Positions 38,463 to 47,843 of a stretch of DNA of 64,000 nt are shown one piece after another. Position 1 is the first letter of the stretch. The number at the start of each line of letters is the position of its first letter. The DNA is from Bacteroidota bacterium (GTDB taxonomy: Bacteria; Bacteroidota; JABWAT01): contig JAFLBE010000007.1 in NCBI GenBank assembly GCA_017303995.1, positions 26,163 through 90,162 on the forward strand, given 5' to 3'. Under the pieces are notes generated by a model. It was not told the DNA's origin, searched no databases, and saw only the letters and a program-made list of their open reading frames with translations. The position numbers were made by a program, and so were the translations under genes.

Positions 38463-38634
38463 GTGACAAGTTACAAGTGACAAGTTACAAGTGGTAAGTT
38501 ATAAGTGACAAATTACAGGTTACGGGTGACACGAGAATAAAAACTCCCCTCCTTTTTAAGGAGGGGAAATCAGTCGTAAGACTGATGGGGTGGTTCGGTC
38601 TTTGGCCCACGTCCCATGTCCCCTGTCACTTGTC
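38463..38634. repeat. 172-bp composite intergenic element: left heptamer array 4 (10 units), CCCCTCC hairpin, right inverted heptamer array (MITE-like terminal inverted arrays)
   Basis: Left array GTGACAA GTTACAA ... GTGACAC (38463-38532). Hairpin CCCCTCCTT-ttt-AAGGAGGGG (38546-66). Right array GTCCCAT GTCCCCT GTCACTT GTCACCA (38607-34) is in inverse orientation. Confidence 0.65.
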
Positions 38635-38662
38635 ACCAGCATTTTAAAAGAAAGCAAGTTCA

Positions 38663-39760
38663 ATGAATTATAAGATTGTGGTCCTGCCCGGTGATGGAAT
38701 CGGACCTGAAGTTGTAGAAGCCTCCATTCCGGTCATGACCGAAGTTGGAAAAAAATTTGGCGTCAGTTTTGATTTTGATGTTCGTCTTTTTGGCGGATGC
38801 AGTTTTGATAAGTTCGGTGAGCCGGTAACTGTTGAAACACTCAGTGCCTGTGCAAACGCTGATGCCGTTCTGCTTGGTGCAGTTGGCGGACCGAAATGGG
38901 AATCACTTCCTCATGATAAAAAACCGGAAGCCGGTCTTCTGAAACTCAGAAAATCACTTGAACTCTATGCCAATATTCGTCCAGCCCGGGTTTACACCGG
39001 TCTTGCAGAAGGTTCAACACTGAAGAAGGAAGTTATTGCCGGCGTTGATCTAGTTGTTGTACGTGAATTAACTGGCGGATTGTATTTCGGTCAACCCCGG
39101 GGTATGACTGAAGACAAAGGCTGGAATACCATGGCCTACACCAAAGATGAAATCATCCGGATTGCAAAATCAGCTTTTGAACTTGCAAAAAAACGCAGAA
39201 AAACACTTTGTTCAGTAGATAAAGCCAATGTACTTGAAGTTTCCCAATTTTGGCGGAATGTGGTTCTTGAAGTTGCCCGTGATTATCCGGATGTTAAACT
39301 CAGCCACATGTATGTTGATAATGCCGCCATGCAATTAGTGCGAAATCCGGCCCAGTTTGACGTCATCCTGACCGAAAACATGTTCGGTGATATTCTCAGT
39401 GATATTGCTTCGATGATTCCCGGAAGTCTGGGTATGTTGCCTTCAGCATCACTTGGAACCAAATATGCGTTGTATGAACCCGTTCACGGTTCTGCACCTG
39501 ATATTGCCGGACAAAACAAAGCCAACCCCATTGCAACTATTGCTTCCATCGGAATGCTTTTTGATAACAGTCTCGGTATGCATATCGCCAGCGATTATAT
39601 TCAGAAATCCATTGAAAAAACACTTGAGCAAGGTTATCGGACCGCCGATATTTATTCTGAGGGAACCACACTTCTCGGTACGAAGGAAATGGCAGAAAAA
39701 GTAAAAGAATCCTTCCTTCAGATTTTTGAAGAACAGCCTTACGGATTTGCAGTAGCCTGA
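38663..39760 (+). CDS. leuB: 3-isopropylmalate dehydrogenase
   Basis: Isocitrate/isopropylmalate dehydrogenase family; NMFGDILSD signature. 365 aa. Confidence 0.95.
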   Translation: MNYKIVVLPGDGIGPEVVEASIPVMTEVGKKFGVSFDFDVRLFGGCSFDKFGEPVTVETLSACANADAVLLGAVGGPKWESLPHDKKPEAGLLKLRKSLELYANIRPARVYTGLAEGSTLKKEVIAGVDLVVVRELTGGLYFGQPRGMTEDKGWNTMAYTKDEIIRIAKSAFELAKKRRKTLCSVDKANVLEVSQFWRNVVLEVARDYPDVKLSHMYVDNAAMQLVRNPAQFDVILTENMFGDILSDIASMIPGSLGMLPSASLGTKYALYEPVHGSAPDIAGQNKANPIATIASIGMLFDNSLGMHIASDYIQKSIEKTLEQGYRTADIYSEGTTLLGTKEMAEKVKESFLQIFEEQPYGFAVA

Positions 39761-39791
39761 TTTCATTCATTAACTAAAACACGATACGACC

Positions 39792-41387
39792 ATGGCAGAA
39801 AAAATCATCATCTTCGACACCACCCTGAGGGACGGCGAACAATCCCCGGGTGCATCTTTGAACGTGTACGAAAAGGTGGAGATCGCCCGTCAGCTAGAAC
39901 GTATGAAAGTTGATGTGATTGAAGCCGGTTTCCCGGTTTCGTCACCAGCTCAGTTCGAAGCGGTTCAACGGATAGCAGATCAATCCACTGTGACGATTGC
40001 CGGTCTATGCCGTGCGGTTGAAAAAGATATTCTTGTTGCTTCTGATGCACTTAAAAATGCTAAAAAGAAACGGATTCATACTTTTTCAAGCACTTCTGAT
40101 ATTCATATTCTCGGGAAATTCGGTGATAACCGTTATGGGGTTTCACTTGATGAAAAACGTCAGACTGTCCTGAAAATGTCGGTTGATGCAGTGAAATATG
40201 CAAAAACATTCACACAGGATGTTGAGTATTCTGCTGAAGATGCTGGCAGGACGGATATCGGATATTTGTGCGATGTTATCGAAGCCGTGATTGCAGCCGG
40301 AGCTACAACTGTCAATATCCCGGATACAACCGGTTATTGTATGCCTCTGGAATTCGGGGCAAAAATTGCCGAACTGAAACGCCGTGTGAAAAATATTGAC
40401 CAGGCGGTTATTTCAGTCCATTGCCATAATGATCTTGGGCTGGCAGTTGCCAATTCGCTGTCTGCCATTTCAAACGGTGCCCGTCAGGTTGAATGTACGA
40501 TCAACGGAATCGGTGAACGTGCAGGCAATGCGTCCATGGAAGAAATCGTTATGGCATTGAAAGTCAGGAAAGATCTCTGGGCATTTTACACCGATATTAT
40601 CTCCGAAGAAATTTCCAATTCGTCAAAAATGGTTTCCGGTTTTACCGGGATGATCATTCAGCCTAATAAAGCTATTGTAGGTGATAATGCTTTTGCCCAT
40701 GAATCTGGTATTCATCAGGATGGCATGCTGAAAAACCGGGATACTTACGAGATCATGAAGCCGGAAGATGTGGGTATCACCCATAACCGTATTGTTCTGG
40801 GTCGACATTCCGGACGTCATGGCCTGGTTGCCAGAATGAAAGCTTTGGGTTACGAATTGTCTCCGGCAGAGCTTGACGAGATTTACGAAAAATTCCTTGT
40901 CATTGCAGACCGCAAAAAAGAAGTTTATGACGAAGATCTTCGGGTTCTGATGGGCGAAGAAGTCCAGAAACAATACGAAGAACAATATTATCAGCTCGAT
41001 TATCTGCAGGTGACTCTGGGAACTTCAATAATTCCGACTGCCACGGTTCGGGTAAAAGCGAAAGACAAAATTATTCAGGAATCGTCCGTTGGTGACGGAC
41101 CCGTTGATGCCGCCTATAAAGCAGTTGAACGTGCACTGAAAATTCATGTAAATATCGAAAATTACCAGGTCAGGTCGGTAACCGGTGGCCGTGATGCTGT
41201 TGGTGAAGTGATTATCAGAATCAGGGATGCTGGAAAAGCCTTTACCGGAAAGGGAAATTCAACTGATATCGTTGAAGCTTCAGTTCGTGCATTTTTGAAT
41301 GCCCTGAACCACAAAAAACAATTTGAAAAAGACCGTCAGGAACAAACAGAAAATATCTGGCAGGATAATCCGGTCAGGTTTGTTTGA
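39792..41387 (+). CDS. leuA: 2-isopropylmalate synthase (long form with LeuA dimerisation/regulatory domain)
   Basis: FDTTLRDGEQSPG, HCHNDLGLAVANSL, and a C-terminal LeuA allosteric domain. 531 aa. Confidence 0.9.
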   Translation: MAEKIIIFDTTLRDGEQSPGASLNVYEKVEIARQLERMKVDVIEAGFPVSSPAQFEAVQRIADQSTVTIAGLCRAVEKDILVASDALKNAKKKRIHTFSSTSDIHILGKFGDNRYGVSLDEKRQTVLKMSVDAVKYAKTFTQDVEYSAEDAGRTDIGYLCDVIEAVIAAGATTVNIPDTTGYCMPLEFGAKIAELKRRVKNIDQAVISVHCHNDLGLAVANSLSAISNGARQVECTINGIGERAGNASMEEIVMALKVRKDLWAFYTDIISEEISNSSKMVSGFTGMIIQPNKAIVGDNAFAHESGIHQDGMLKNRDTYEIMKPEDVGITHNRIVLGRHSGRHGLVARMKALGYELSPAELDEIYEKFLVIADRKKEVYDEDLRVLMGEEVQKQYEEQYYQLDYLQVTLGTSIIPTATVRVKAKDKIIQESSVGDGPVDAAYKAVERALKIHVNIENYQVRSVTGGRDAVGEVIIRIRDAGKAFTGKGNSTDIVEASVRAFLNALNHKKQFEKDRQEQTENIWQDNPVRFV

Positions 41388-41533
41388 GGTTACGGGTCAC
41401 AGATAACGGGTCACAGGTTAATGTGTGAAATTCCCCTCCTTTTATAAAGGAGGGGTGGCGAAGCCGGGGTGGTTTTGTTTTGGGTTTAGATAATAACTAA
41501 ACCTCCCCTAGCCCCTCCTTTGAAAAAGGAGGG
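41388..41533. repeat. Composite intergenic element: heptamer array 5 (GGTTACG GGTCACA GATAACG GGTCACA GGTTAAT GTGTGAA) plus two CCCCTCC hairpins
   Basis: Array 41388-41429. Hairpins CCCCTCCTTTTA-taa-AGGAGGGG (41433-55) and CCCTCCTTT-gaaa-AAGGAGGG (41513-33). It lies in the 250-bp leuA-leuC spacer. Confidence 0.65.
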
Positions 41534-41637
41534 AAATCTTCTCCAAAAAGCTAACAGCCAATAGCTAATAGATTTCATTTTACACCTTAACCCTTATGCC
41601 TTAACCCTATTTATATAACAAAAGGAAAGCTTCTCAA

Positions 41638-42933
41638 ATGGGAATGACCATCACAGAAAAAATCCTTGCAAAAGCTGCAGGAAAAAGCCGGGTAACTCCG
41701 GGTGAAAGTGTTTGGCTGAGTGTTGACGTTTTAATGACCCACGATGTGTGCGGTCCACCCACGATCGACATCTGGAAAAGAGAGTTTGGACCGGAAGCAA
41801 AAATCTGGGACAAAGAAAAACTCGTTATTTTTCCCGATCACTACATTTTTACTGCCAATACCCATGCAATTGCGAATGTTGCAAAACTCCGGGATTTTGC
41901 GAAGGAATATGACCTTCCCAATTATTACGATCCGGGCACAGAACGCTATAAAGGCGTTTGTCACATGGCTTTGGCTGAAGAAGGATACAACGTTCCTGGA
42001 ACTGTTCTTTTCGGAACGGATTCCCACACGTGTACCTCTGGTGCTTTCGGCATGTTTTCAACCGGTGTCGGTAATTCGGATGCGGCCTTTATTCTCGGAA
42101 CCGGAAAAATCTGGGAAAAAGTCCCTGAATCCATGCTGTTCTGGTTTGAAGGTGAAATTCCTCCTTACCTGACCGCCAAAGATATGATTTTACAGATCAT
42201 TGGTGATATTACAACCGATGGTGCAACTTATCGTGCAATGGAATTTGCAGGTCCCGGCGTCATGTCATTACCTATGTCTGAGAGAATGACACTCACTAAC
42301 ATGGCTATTGAAGCCGGTGGTATGAACGGTATTATTGAAGCTGATGAACTGACTGAAGCTTATGTGAAAGCCCGTACCGACAAATCTTACGAGCTGTTCA
42401 AATCAGATCCGGATGCAACTTACCATTCCAAATACAATTACGATCTGTCTAAAATGGAACCCATGGTTGCAAAACCTCACAGTCCGGATAATAAAGATAC
42501 AGTTCGGAATGTTCAGGGCACCAAACTGACGAAATGTTATATCGGTAGCTGTACAGGCGGAAAATTGGAAGATTTTCAGTTTGCTGCAAAGCTTCTCTTT
42601 GGTCAGACTGTAAAAACACCAACTTATATCGTACCTGCATCTACATGGGTTGATCAGCAACTTGATGTTGAAACTGTAAATGGTGTATCTCTTCGTGAAA
42701 TTTTTGTCAAAGCGGGTTGTACAATCGGTGAATCATCCTGTGCAGCTTGTCTGGGTGGTCCGTCTGATACATTCGGCCGTGCTCAGGACGACGAAGTGAT
42801 TATTTCAACCACCAACCGGAATTTCCCGGGACGGATGGGGAGCAAGAAATCAGCCGTTTATCTGGCTTCAGCATTAACTGTTGCTGCATCTGCGATCCAT
42901 GGTGTGATTACCGATCCACGGGATGTGATGTAA
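41638..42933 (+). CDS. leuC: 3-isopropylmalate dehydratase large subunit (short, archaeal/type-II-like)
   Basis: Aconitase-family Fe-S ligand cysteines (CIGSCTGG, ESSCAACLGG). 431 aa. Confidence 0.9.
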   Translation: MGMTITEKILAKAAGKSRVTPGESVWLSVDVLMTHDVCGPPTIDIWKREFGPEAKIWDKEKLVIFPDHYIFTANTHAIANVAKLRDFAKEYDLPNYYDPGTERYKGVCHMALAEEGYNVPGTVLFGTDSHTCTSGAFGMFSTGVGNSDAAFILGTGKIWEKVPESMLFWFEGEIPPYLTAKDMILQIIGDITTDGATYRAMEFAGPGVMSLPMSERMTLTNMAIEAGGMNGIIEADELTEAYVKARTDKSYELFKSDPDATYHSKYNYDLSKMEPMVAKPHSPDNKDTVRNVQGTKLTKCYIGSCTGGKLEDFQFAAKLLFGQTVKTPTYIVPASTWVDQQLDVETVNGVSLREIFVKAGCTIGESSCAACLGGPSDTFGRAQDDEVIISTTNRNFPGRMGSKKSAVYLASALTVAASAIHGVITDPRDVM

Positions 42934-42965
42934 GGAAAGATTTGTTTTAAAATTTGGTTAACGTG

Positions 42966-43060
42966 GATGTCATCCCGGACTTAGCCTGCCCCGAACGCTT
43001 TCGGGGATTCGGGATCCAGTTTTTTTAACAATGGATCCTGACTTTCGTCAGGATGACACA
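42966..43060. repeat. Head-to-head pair of TGTCATCC-family palindromes in the leuC-leuD spacer
   Basis: P1 is GTCATCCCGGAC...CCCCGAAcgctTTCGGGG...CGGGAT (42966-43017). P2 is ATCCTGACtttcGTCAGGATGACAC (43031-43060), whose reverse complement starts TGTCATCCTGAC. They flank a T7 run. Confidence 0.65.
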
Positions 43061-43081
43061 AATCCAAAACAAAGGAAATTT

Positions 43082-43648
43082 ATGGAAAAAGTGATTACAG
43101 GAAAAGCTTTCGTTCTCGGTGATAAAATCGATACCGATCAGATCATTCCGGCAGAACATCTGGTTTACAGTTTATCCGATCCGGAAGAAAAAAAGAAATA
43201 TGGCTATTATGCCTTTTCAGGAGTTCCTCTTCCTGAATCTGGTTTGCCGATGGGTCACAAACCCTTCATCAAAGGTGATAATTATCTGTCAGAATATGCT
43301 ATCATCATTGGTGGCGGAAATTTTGGTTGCGGATCAAGCCGTGAACATGCTCCGTTTGCGCTTCAGGTTGCAGGCGTAAAAGCTGTCATCGCTGAATCTT
43401 ATGCCCGGATCTTTTACCGGAATTGTGTTGATGGTGGTTTTCTGATTCCTTATGAAGGATTCGAAAAACTGAATGACAAGATCAAAACCGGAGACGAACT
43501 GGAAATTGATATTTCTGCAAATCTGGTAAAAAATCTGACAACCGGCGATGAGTTTCTTCTGAAACCACTCGGAAGTGTTGTGTCGATCATTGAAGCAGGT
43601 GATCTGTTTGAATATGCCCGTAAAACCGGGATGATTGCAAAAGGTTGA
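43082..43648 (+). CDS. leuD: 3-isopropylmalate dehydratase small subunit
   Basis: Aconitase C-terminal swivel domain (IIGGGNFGCGSSREHAP). The start was moved to MEKVITG; the track's N-terminal extension lies over the palindromic repeat. Confidence 0.85.
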   Translation: MEKVITGKAFVLGDKIDTDQIIPAEHLVYSLSDPEEKKKYGYYAFSGVPLPESGLPMGHKPFIKGDNYLSEYAIIIGGGNFGCGSSREHAPFALQVAGVKAVIAESYARIFYRNCVDGGFLIPYEGFEKLNDKIKTGDELEIDISANLVKNLTTGDEFLLKPLGSVVSIIEAGDLFEYARKTGMIAKG

Positions 43649-43676
43649 AACATTCCGGATTAAACTGGGAAGTGAA

Positions 43677-45263
43677 ATGAAAAAAATCGAGATTTTCGAT
43701 ACCACATTGCGGGACGGAACACAAGGCGAACATGTGAGTGTATCAGTTAATGATAAATTGCTGATAACCCGCAAACTGGATGAATTTGGTGTTGATTTCA
43801 TTGAAGGCGGCTGGCCGGGAAGTAACCCAAAAGACGCCGAATTTTTCAGAAAAGTGAAGTCAGTCAACCTTCAGGCTGCAAAATTGTGCGCCTTTGGTTC
43901 GACGGCAAGATCTTTGGATGCCGTAAAAGAAGACGCCAATCTGAATGCACTTCTACAGGCTGAAACATCAGTGGTTACCATTTTTGGTAAATCCTGGAAT
44001 CTGCATTCCCAGCATGGACTTGGTCTAACCGAAGAACAAAATGAAGAACTCATTTTCCGTTCAGTCGAATATCTTCGGTCTGAAGGTCGGCAGGTCATTT
44101 TTGATGCCGAACATTTTTTTGACGGATACAAGAATAACCCGGATTTTGCCATCAGAATGTTATTATCAGCTCAAAAGGCCGGTGCTTCAACGCTGACTTT
44201 GTGCGATACCAATGGCGGAACTCTTCCACATGAAATTGCTGAAATTGTTAAAACGGTTGCAGGAAAGGTTGCCCTTCCACTGGGAATTCATGCCCACAAT
44301 GACAGTGAACTTGCGGTTGCCAATTCGCTTTCTGCCGTTGAAAATGGGGTAACCCATGTTCAGGGAACTATTAATGGAATCGGTGAACGCTGCGGAAATG
44401 CAAATCTGGTCAGTATAATCCCGAATTTAATCCTCAAGCAAAAAAGGGAAACCGTCAGACCCATCAATCTGCAGAATCTGAGTTCAATTTCCCTTTTTAT
44501 TTATGAAACCATGAATCTGGTTCCGAATTCCCGTCAGGCCTTTGTTGGAAAATCAGCATTTGCACATAAGGGCGGGATTCACGTTTCTGCTGTTTTAAAA
44601 GACAGCCGGATGTACGAACACATTGAACCTGAAAAAGTAGGGAACAAACAACGGGTTTTGGTTTCTGATCTATCTGGACAAAGCAATGTTCGTTACAAAG
44701 CCCAGCAACTCGGACTTGATCTCGATTCTGATAAAGAACTCGCCAAGCGGGTTGTTGACCGGATCAAGGAAATGGAATTCAATGGGTACCAGTTTGAAGG
44801 TGCCGATGCTTCATTTGAATTGCTGCTCAGAGGAGAAATGGGTGAATTCCATCCCTATTTTAATCTGATCGACAGCAAAATCAATATTTCCTCAAATGAC
44901 ATTCGTCATCTCTCGCATGCAGAGGCCGTTTTGAAACTGGAAGTTGACGGTGAAATTGAACATACCGCCGCCGACGGAAACGGTCCGGTCAATGCTCTGG
45001 ATAATGCATTGAGAAAAGCACTTTGCCGGTTTTATCCATCCATAACTGAAACTGAACTGGTTGATTATAAAGTGCGGGTTCTTGACGAAAAAGACGGAAC
45101 AAATGCAAACGTGCGTGTTTTGGTTGAAACATCAGATAGAAAAGATGTCTGGGTAACAGTTGGTGTGAGCCGGAATATCATTGAAGCCAGTCTGCATGCG
45201 ATCATTGACGGATTGAATTATAAACTTTTCAAAGATAAAGTGAAATCCAAATTTTCTGTCTGA
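43677..45263 (+). CDS. cimA: (R)-citramalate synthase (LeuA-family; threonine-independent isoleucine pathway)
   Basis: N-terminus IEIFDTTLRDGTQGEHVSVSVNDKL...IEGGWPGSNPKDAEFF resembles Geobacter/Leptospira-type CimA more than LeuA. It is a second LeuA-family gene in the cluster. Confidence 0.7.
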   Translation: MKKIEIFDTTLRDGTQGEHVSVSVNDKLLITRKLDEFGVDFIEGGWPGSNPKDAEFFRKVKSVNLQAAKLCAFGSTARSLDAVKEDANLNALLQAETSVVTIFGKSWNLHSQHGLGLTEEQNEELIFRSVEYLRSEGRQVIFDAEHFFDGYKNNPDFAIRMLLSAQKAGASTLTLCDTNGGTLPHEIAEIVKTVAGKVALPLGIHAHNDSELAVANSLSAVENGVTHVQGTINGIGERCGNANLVSIIPNLILKQKRETVRPINLQNLSSISLFIYETMNLVPNSRQAFVGKSAFAHKGGIHVSAVLKDSRMYEHIEPEKVGNKQRVLVSDLSGQSNVRYKAQQLGLDLDSDKELAKRVVDRIKEMEFNGYQFEGADASFELLLRGEMGEFHPYFNLIDSKINISSNDIRHLSHAEAVLKLEVDGEIEHTAADGNGPVNALDNALRKALCRFYPSITETELVDYKVRVLDEKDGTNANVRVLVETSDRKDVWVTVGVSRNIIEASLHAIIDGLNYKLFKDKVKSKFSV

Positions 45264-45290
45264 CCTTATACAGACCTGATTGTTTTCCTT

Positions 45291-45319
45291 TGTCATTCCG
45301 GCTCCGGCCGGAATTGACG
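45291..45319. repeat. TGTCATTCC-family palindrome (TGTCATTCCGGCTCCGGCCGGAATTGACG) between cimA and thrA
   Basis: ATTCCGGC...GCCGGAAT inverted repeat read directly; the next run is ttttaaaaa. Confidence 0.6.
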
Positions 45320-45362
45320 TTTTAAAAAGTACCGGTTATTGAAAAATTGAATAGAGGTTTTT

Positions 45363-47843
45363 TTGCATTCTTATAAATGGACTGTACACAAATTTGGTGG
45401 CACATCGGTTGCCAATTCTGAACGGATTGAGGCTGTTGCCAAAATTATTAAACGGGATCATGTTCAGAAAACTGGCGTTGTGGTTTCGGCAATGAGTGGC
45501 GTAACTGATCAGTTACTGCAATTGCTTGAGATGGCCAGTAATCGCAAAGAGTCTCTTAAAGAACATCTTGATTCGCTCAGGAAAAAACATCTTGATGCTA
45601 TTGAAGACTTACTTCCGGCAATTAACCGAACTCCATTGGTTGCGGCCATTCAATCTGATTTCAACGATGTTGAAGACATTTTGCGTGGTGTCTGGCTGAC
45701 TCGTGAATATTCAACCCGAACCCGTGATTTTATTTCTGGGTTAGGTGAAGTCTGGAATGCCCAGTTTCTGAATGCAAAACTTCAGGCTTTGGGTCTAAAA
45801 TCAGAATGGCTCGACGCCCGTCAAATTCTGGTTGTAACACCCGCAGTTCCGACTTCAAACGTACTTTGGGAGCCTTCCCAAAAGAAACTCGATCACTGGG
45901 TAAAAAGTCACACTCACGCTGATTATGTGGTAATTACCGGATTTGTTGCTCAAACTGAAGATGGGATCCCAACCACTCTCGGACGAAACGGCTCAGATTA
46001 TTCGGGTTCCATTTTTGGTAATTTGCTGAATGCAGAAAATATTACCATCTGGACGGATGTTGACGGCGTGATGTCTGCCAACCCGAAACAAGTCCCCGGT
46101 GCTGTGGTTGTTCCCGAGCTGACCTATCAGGAAGCAGTTGAACTTGCTTACTTTGGTGCTAAGGTTCTTCATCCTTCCACCATGATTCCGGCCATGAAGA
46201 AAGATATTCCGATCTGGATCCGGAATACATTCAATCCGGATTTTCCCGGAACCAAAATTTCGAAAACCTGTGAACACGATCATTTCAGTTCGGTAAAAGG
46301 ATTTTCAACTGTTGATAAAGTTGCATTGCTCAACGTTGAAGGAACCGGCATGATGGGTGTGCCAGGTATTTCTGCCCGGCTTTTCACTGCTTTGAACGAA
46401 AAAACAATTTCTGTTATTTTGATTTCACAGGCTTCTTCTGAACATTCAATTTGTGTGGCTGTTCCTGAAAATCAGGCTGCCCAGGCAAAGCTTGTGACTG
46501 AACAGGCATTTTTCTCAGAGCTGTATCACGGAAAGATTTCTACCGTTTCAGTTGAACCTCATTGCGCCGTTTTAGCTGCAGTGGGTGAAAGTATGTCGGG
46601 TATTCCAGGCGTTTCTGCCAAGTTTTTTGGTGCCCTCGGGAAAGCCGGAGTCAATATCCGGGCTATTGCTCAGGGTTCTTCTGAAAGAAATATTTCTGTT
46701 GTTGTGGGTTCTGATGATGCTACGAAGGCACTTCGGGCTGCACACGCTGGTTTTTATCTGTCCAATCAGACGCTATCAGTTGGAATAATCGGACCCGGTT
46801 TAGTAGGAACTACACTTTTAAACCAAATAACCGGTGAACACAAACGTCTGAAAGCTGATTTTGGAATTGACATCCGGGTACGGGGAATTATCAATTCCAG
46901 AAAAATGGTGCTGAGCAACTCAGGATTGAATCTTTCAAAATGGAAACATGAAATCGAATCTGCTGAAAGTCCGGCTGACATGGAAGCTTTTATTCAGCAT
47001 GTTCATGCAGATTATTTCCCTCACACAGTTATCATTGACTGTACCTCTTCTCAGGACATTGCCGGACGATATGTTGAATGGCTGAAACGTGGAATCCACG
47101 TCATTACGCCAAACAAAAAAGCCAACACGATGCCTTATCCTTATTATCAGGAATTGAGAAAAGAAGGAAAACGCATTTCGAAGCACTTCCTTTACGAAAC
47201 AACTGTCGGCGCAGGACTTCCAATTATCGGTACTCTCCGGGATTTAATTCAAACCGGTGATGAAATTATCCGGATCGAAGGTGTTCTTTCCGGAACATTG
47301 GGTTATTTGTTTTCTTCCTATGACGGAAAAATTCCGTTCAGTGAACTGGTTCGCCAGGCAAAAGAAAAGGGTTATACTGAGCCTGATCCAAGAGATGACC
47401 TTTCCGGAACGGATGTTGGCCGGAAAGTGGTGATTCTTTCCCGTGAAATCGGAAAAAATATTGAACTGGATGAAGTGCCTATCCGGAGTCTTGTTCCGGC
47501 AAAACTTGAGAAAGTTTCCATTCAGGAATTTGTTGACGGCCTTTCCATGATCAACGAAGAAATGGCAGAAATGTACCGTAAAGCTGATGAAAACGGGGAA
47601 GTGCTTCGTTATGTTGGCGTGATTGACCCGGCTGGTGGTTCACGTGTTGAACTCAGAACTTATCCGAAAACTCACCCATTTGCCCACATCCGTGGAAACG
47701 ATAATATTGTGGCTTTCACTACCAAACGATATCTGAACCAGCCGTTGATTGTTCAGGGTCCTGGTGCCGGACCGGAAGTAACTGCTGCAGGTGTTTTTGC
47801 CGATTTGCTCAGGTTATCCCAATATCTCGGAGCAACCATTTAA
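45363..47843 (+). CDS. thrA: Bifunctional aspartokinase / homoserine dehydrogenase
   Basis: Amino-acid kinase domain (VHKFGGTSV), two ACT domains, C-terminal homoserine dehydrogenase. 826 aa. Confidence 0.9.
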   Translation: MHSYKWTVHKFGGTSVANSERIEAVAKIIKRDHVQKTGVVVSAMSGVTDQLLQLLEMASNRKESLKEHLDSLRKKHLDAIEDLLPAINRTPLVAAIQSDFNDVEDILRGVWLTREYSTRTRDFISGLGEVWNAQFLNAKLQALGLKSEWLDARQILVVTPAVPTSNVLWEPSQKKLDHWVKSHTHADYVVITGFVAQTEDGIPTTLGRNGSDYSGSIFGNLLNAENITIWTDVDGVMSANPKQVPGAVVVPELTYQEAVELAYFGAKVLHPSTMIPAMKKDIPIWIRNTFNPDFPGTKISKTCEHDHFSSVKGFSTVDKVALLNVEGTGMMGVPGISARLFTALNEKTISVILISQASSEHSICVAVPENQAAQAKLVTEQAFFSELYHGKISTVSVEPHCAVLAAVGESMSGIPGVSAKFFGALGKAGVNIRAIAQGSSERNISVVVGSDDATKALRAAHAGFYLSNQTLSVGIIGPGLVGTTLLNQITGEHKRLKADFGIDIRVRGIINSRKMVLSNSGLNLSKWKHEIESAESPADMEAFIQHVHADYFPHTVIIDCTSSQDIAGRYVEWLKRGIHVITPNKKANTMPYPYYQELRKEGKRISKHFLYETTVGAGLPIIGTLRDLIQTGDEIIRIEGVLSGTLGYLFSSYDGKIPFSELVRQAKEKGYTEPDPRDDLSGTDVGRKVVILSREIGKNIELDEVPIRSLVPAKLEKVSIQEFVDGLSMINEEMAEMYRKADENGEVLRYVGVIDPAGGSRVELRTYPKTHPFAHIRGNDNIVAFTTKRYLNQPLIVQGPGAGPEVTAAGVFADLLRLSQYLGATI

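Noticed and set aside
38463-38532. Heptamer arrays as candidate CRISPR arrays.
   Set aside because: Period is 7 bp with no spacer/repeat alternation of 25-40 bp units, and no cas genes in the window.
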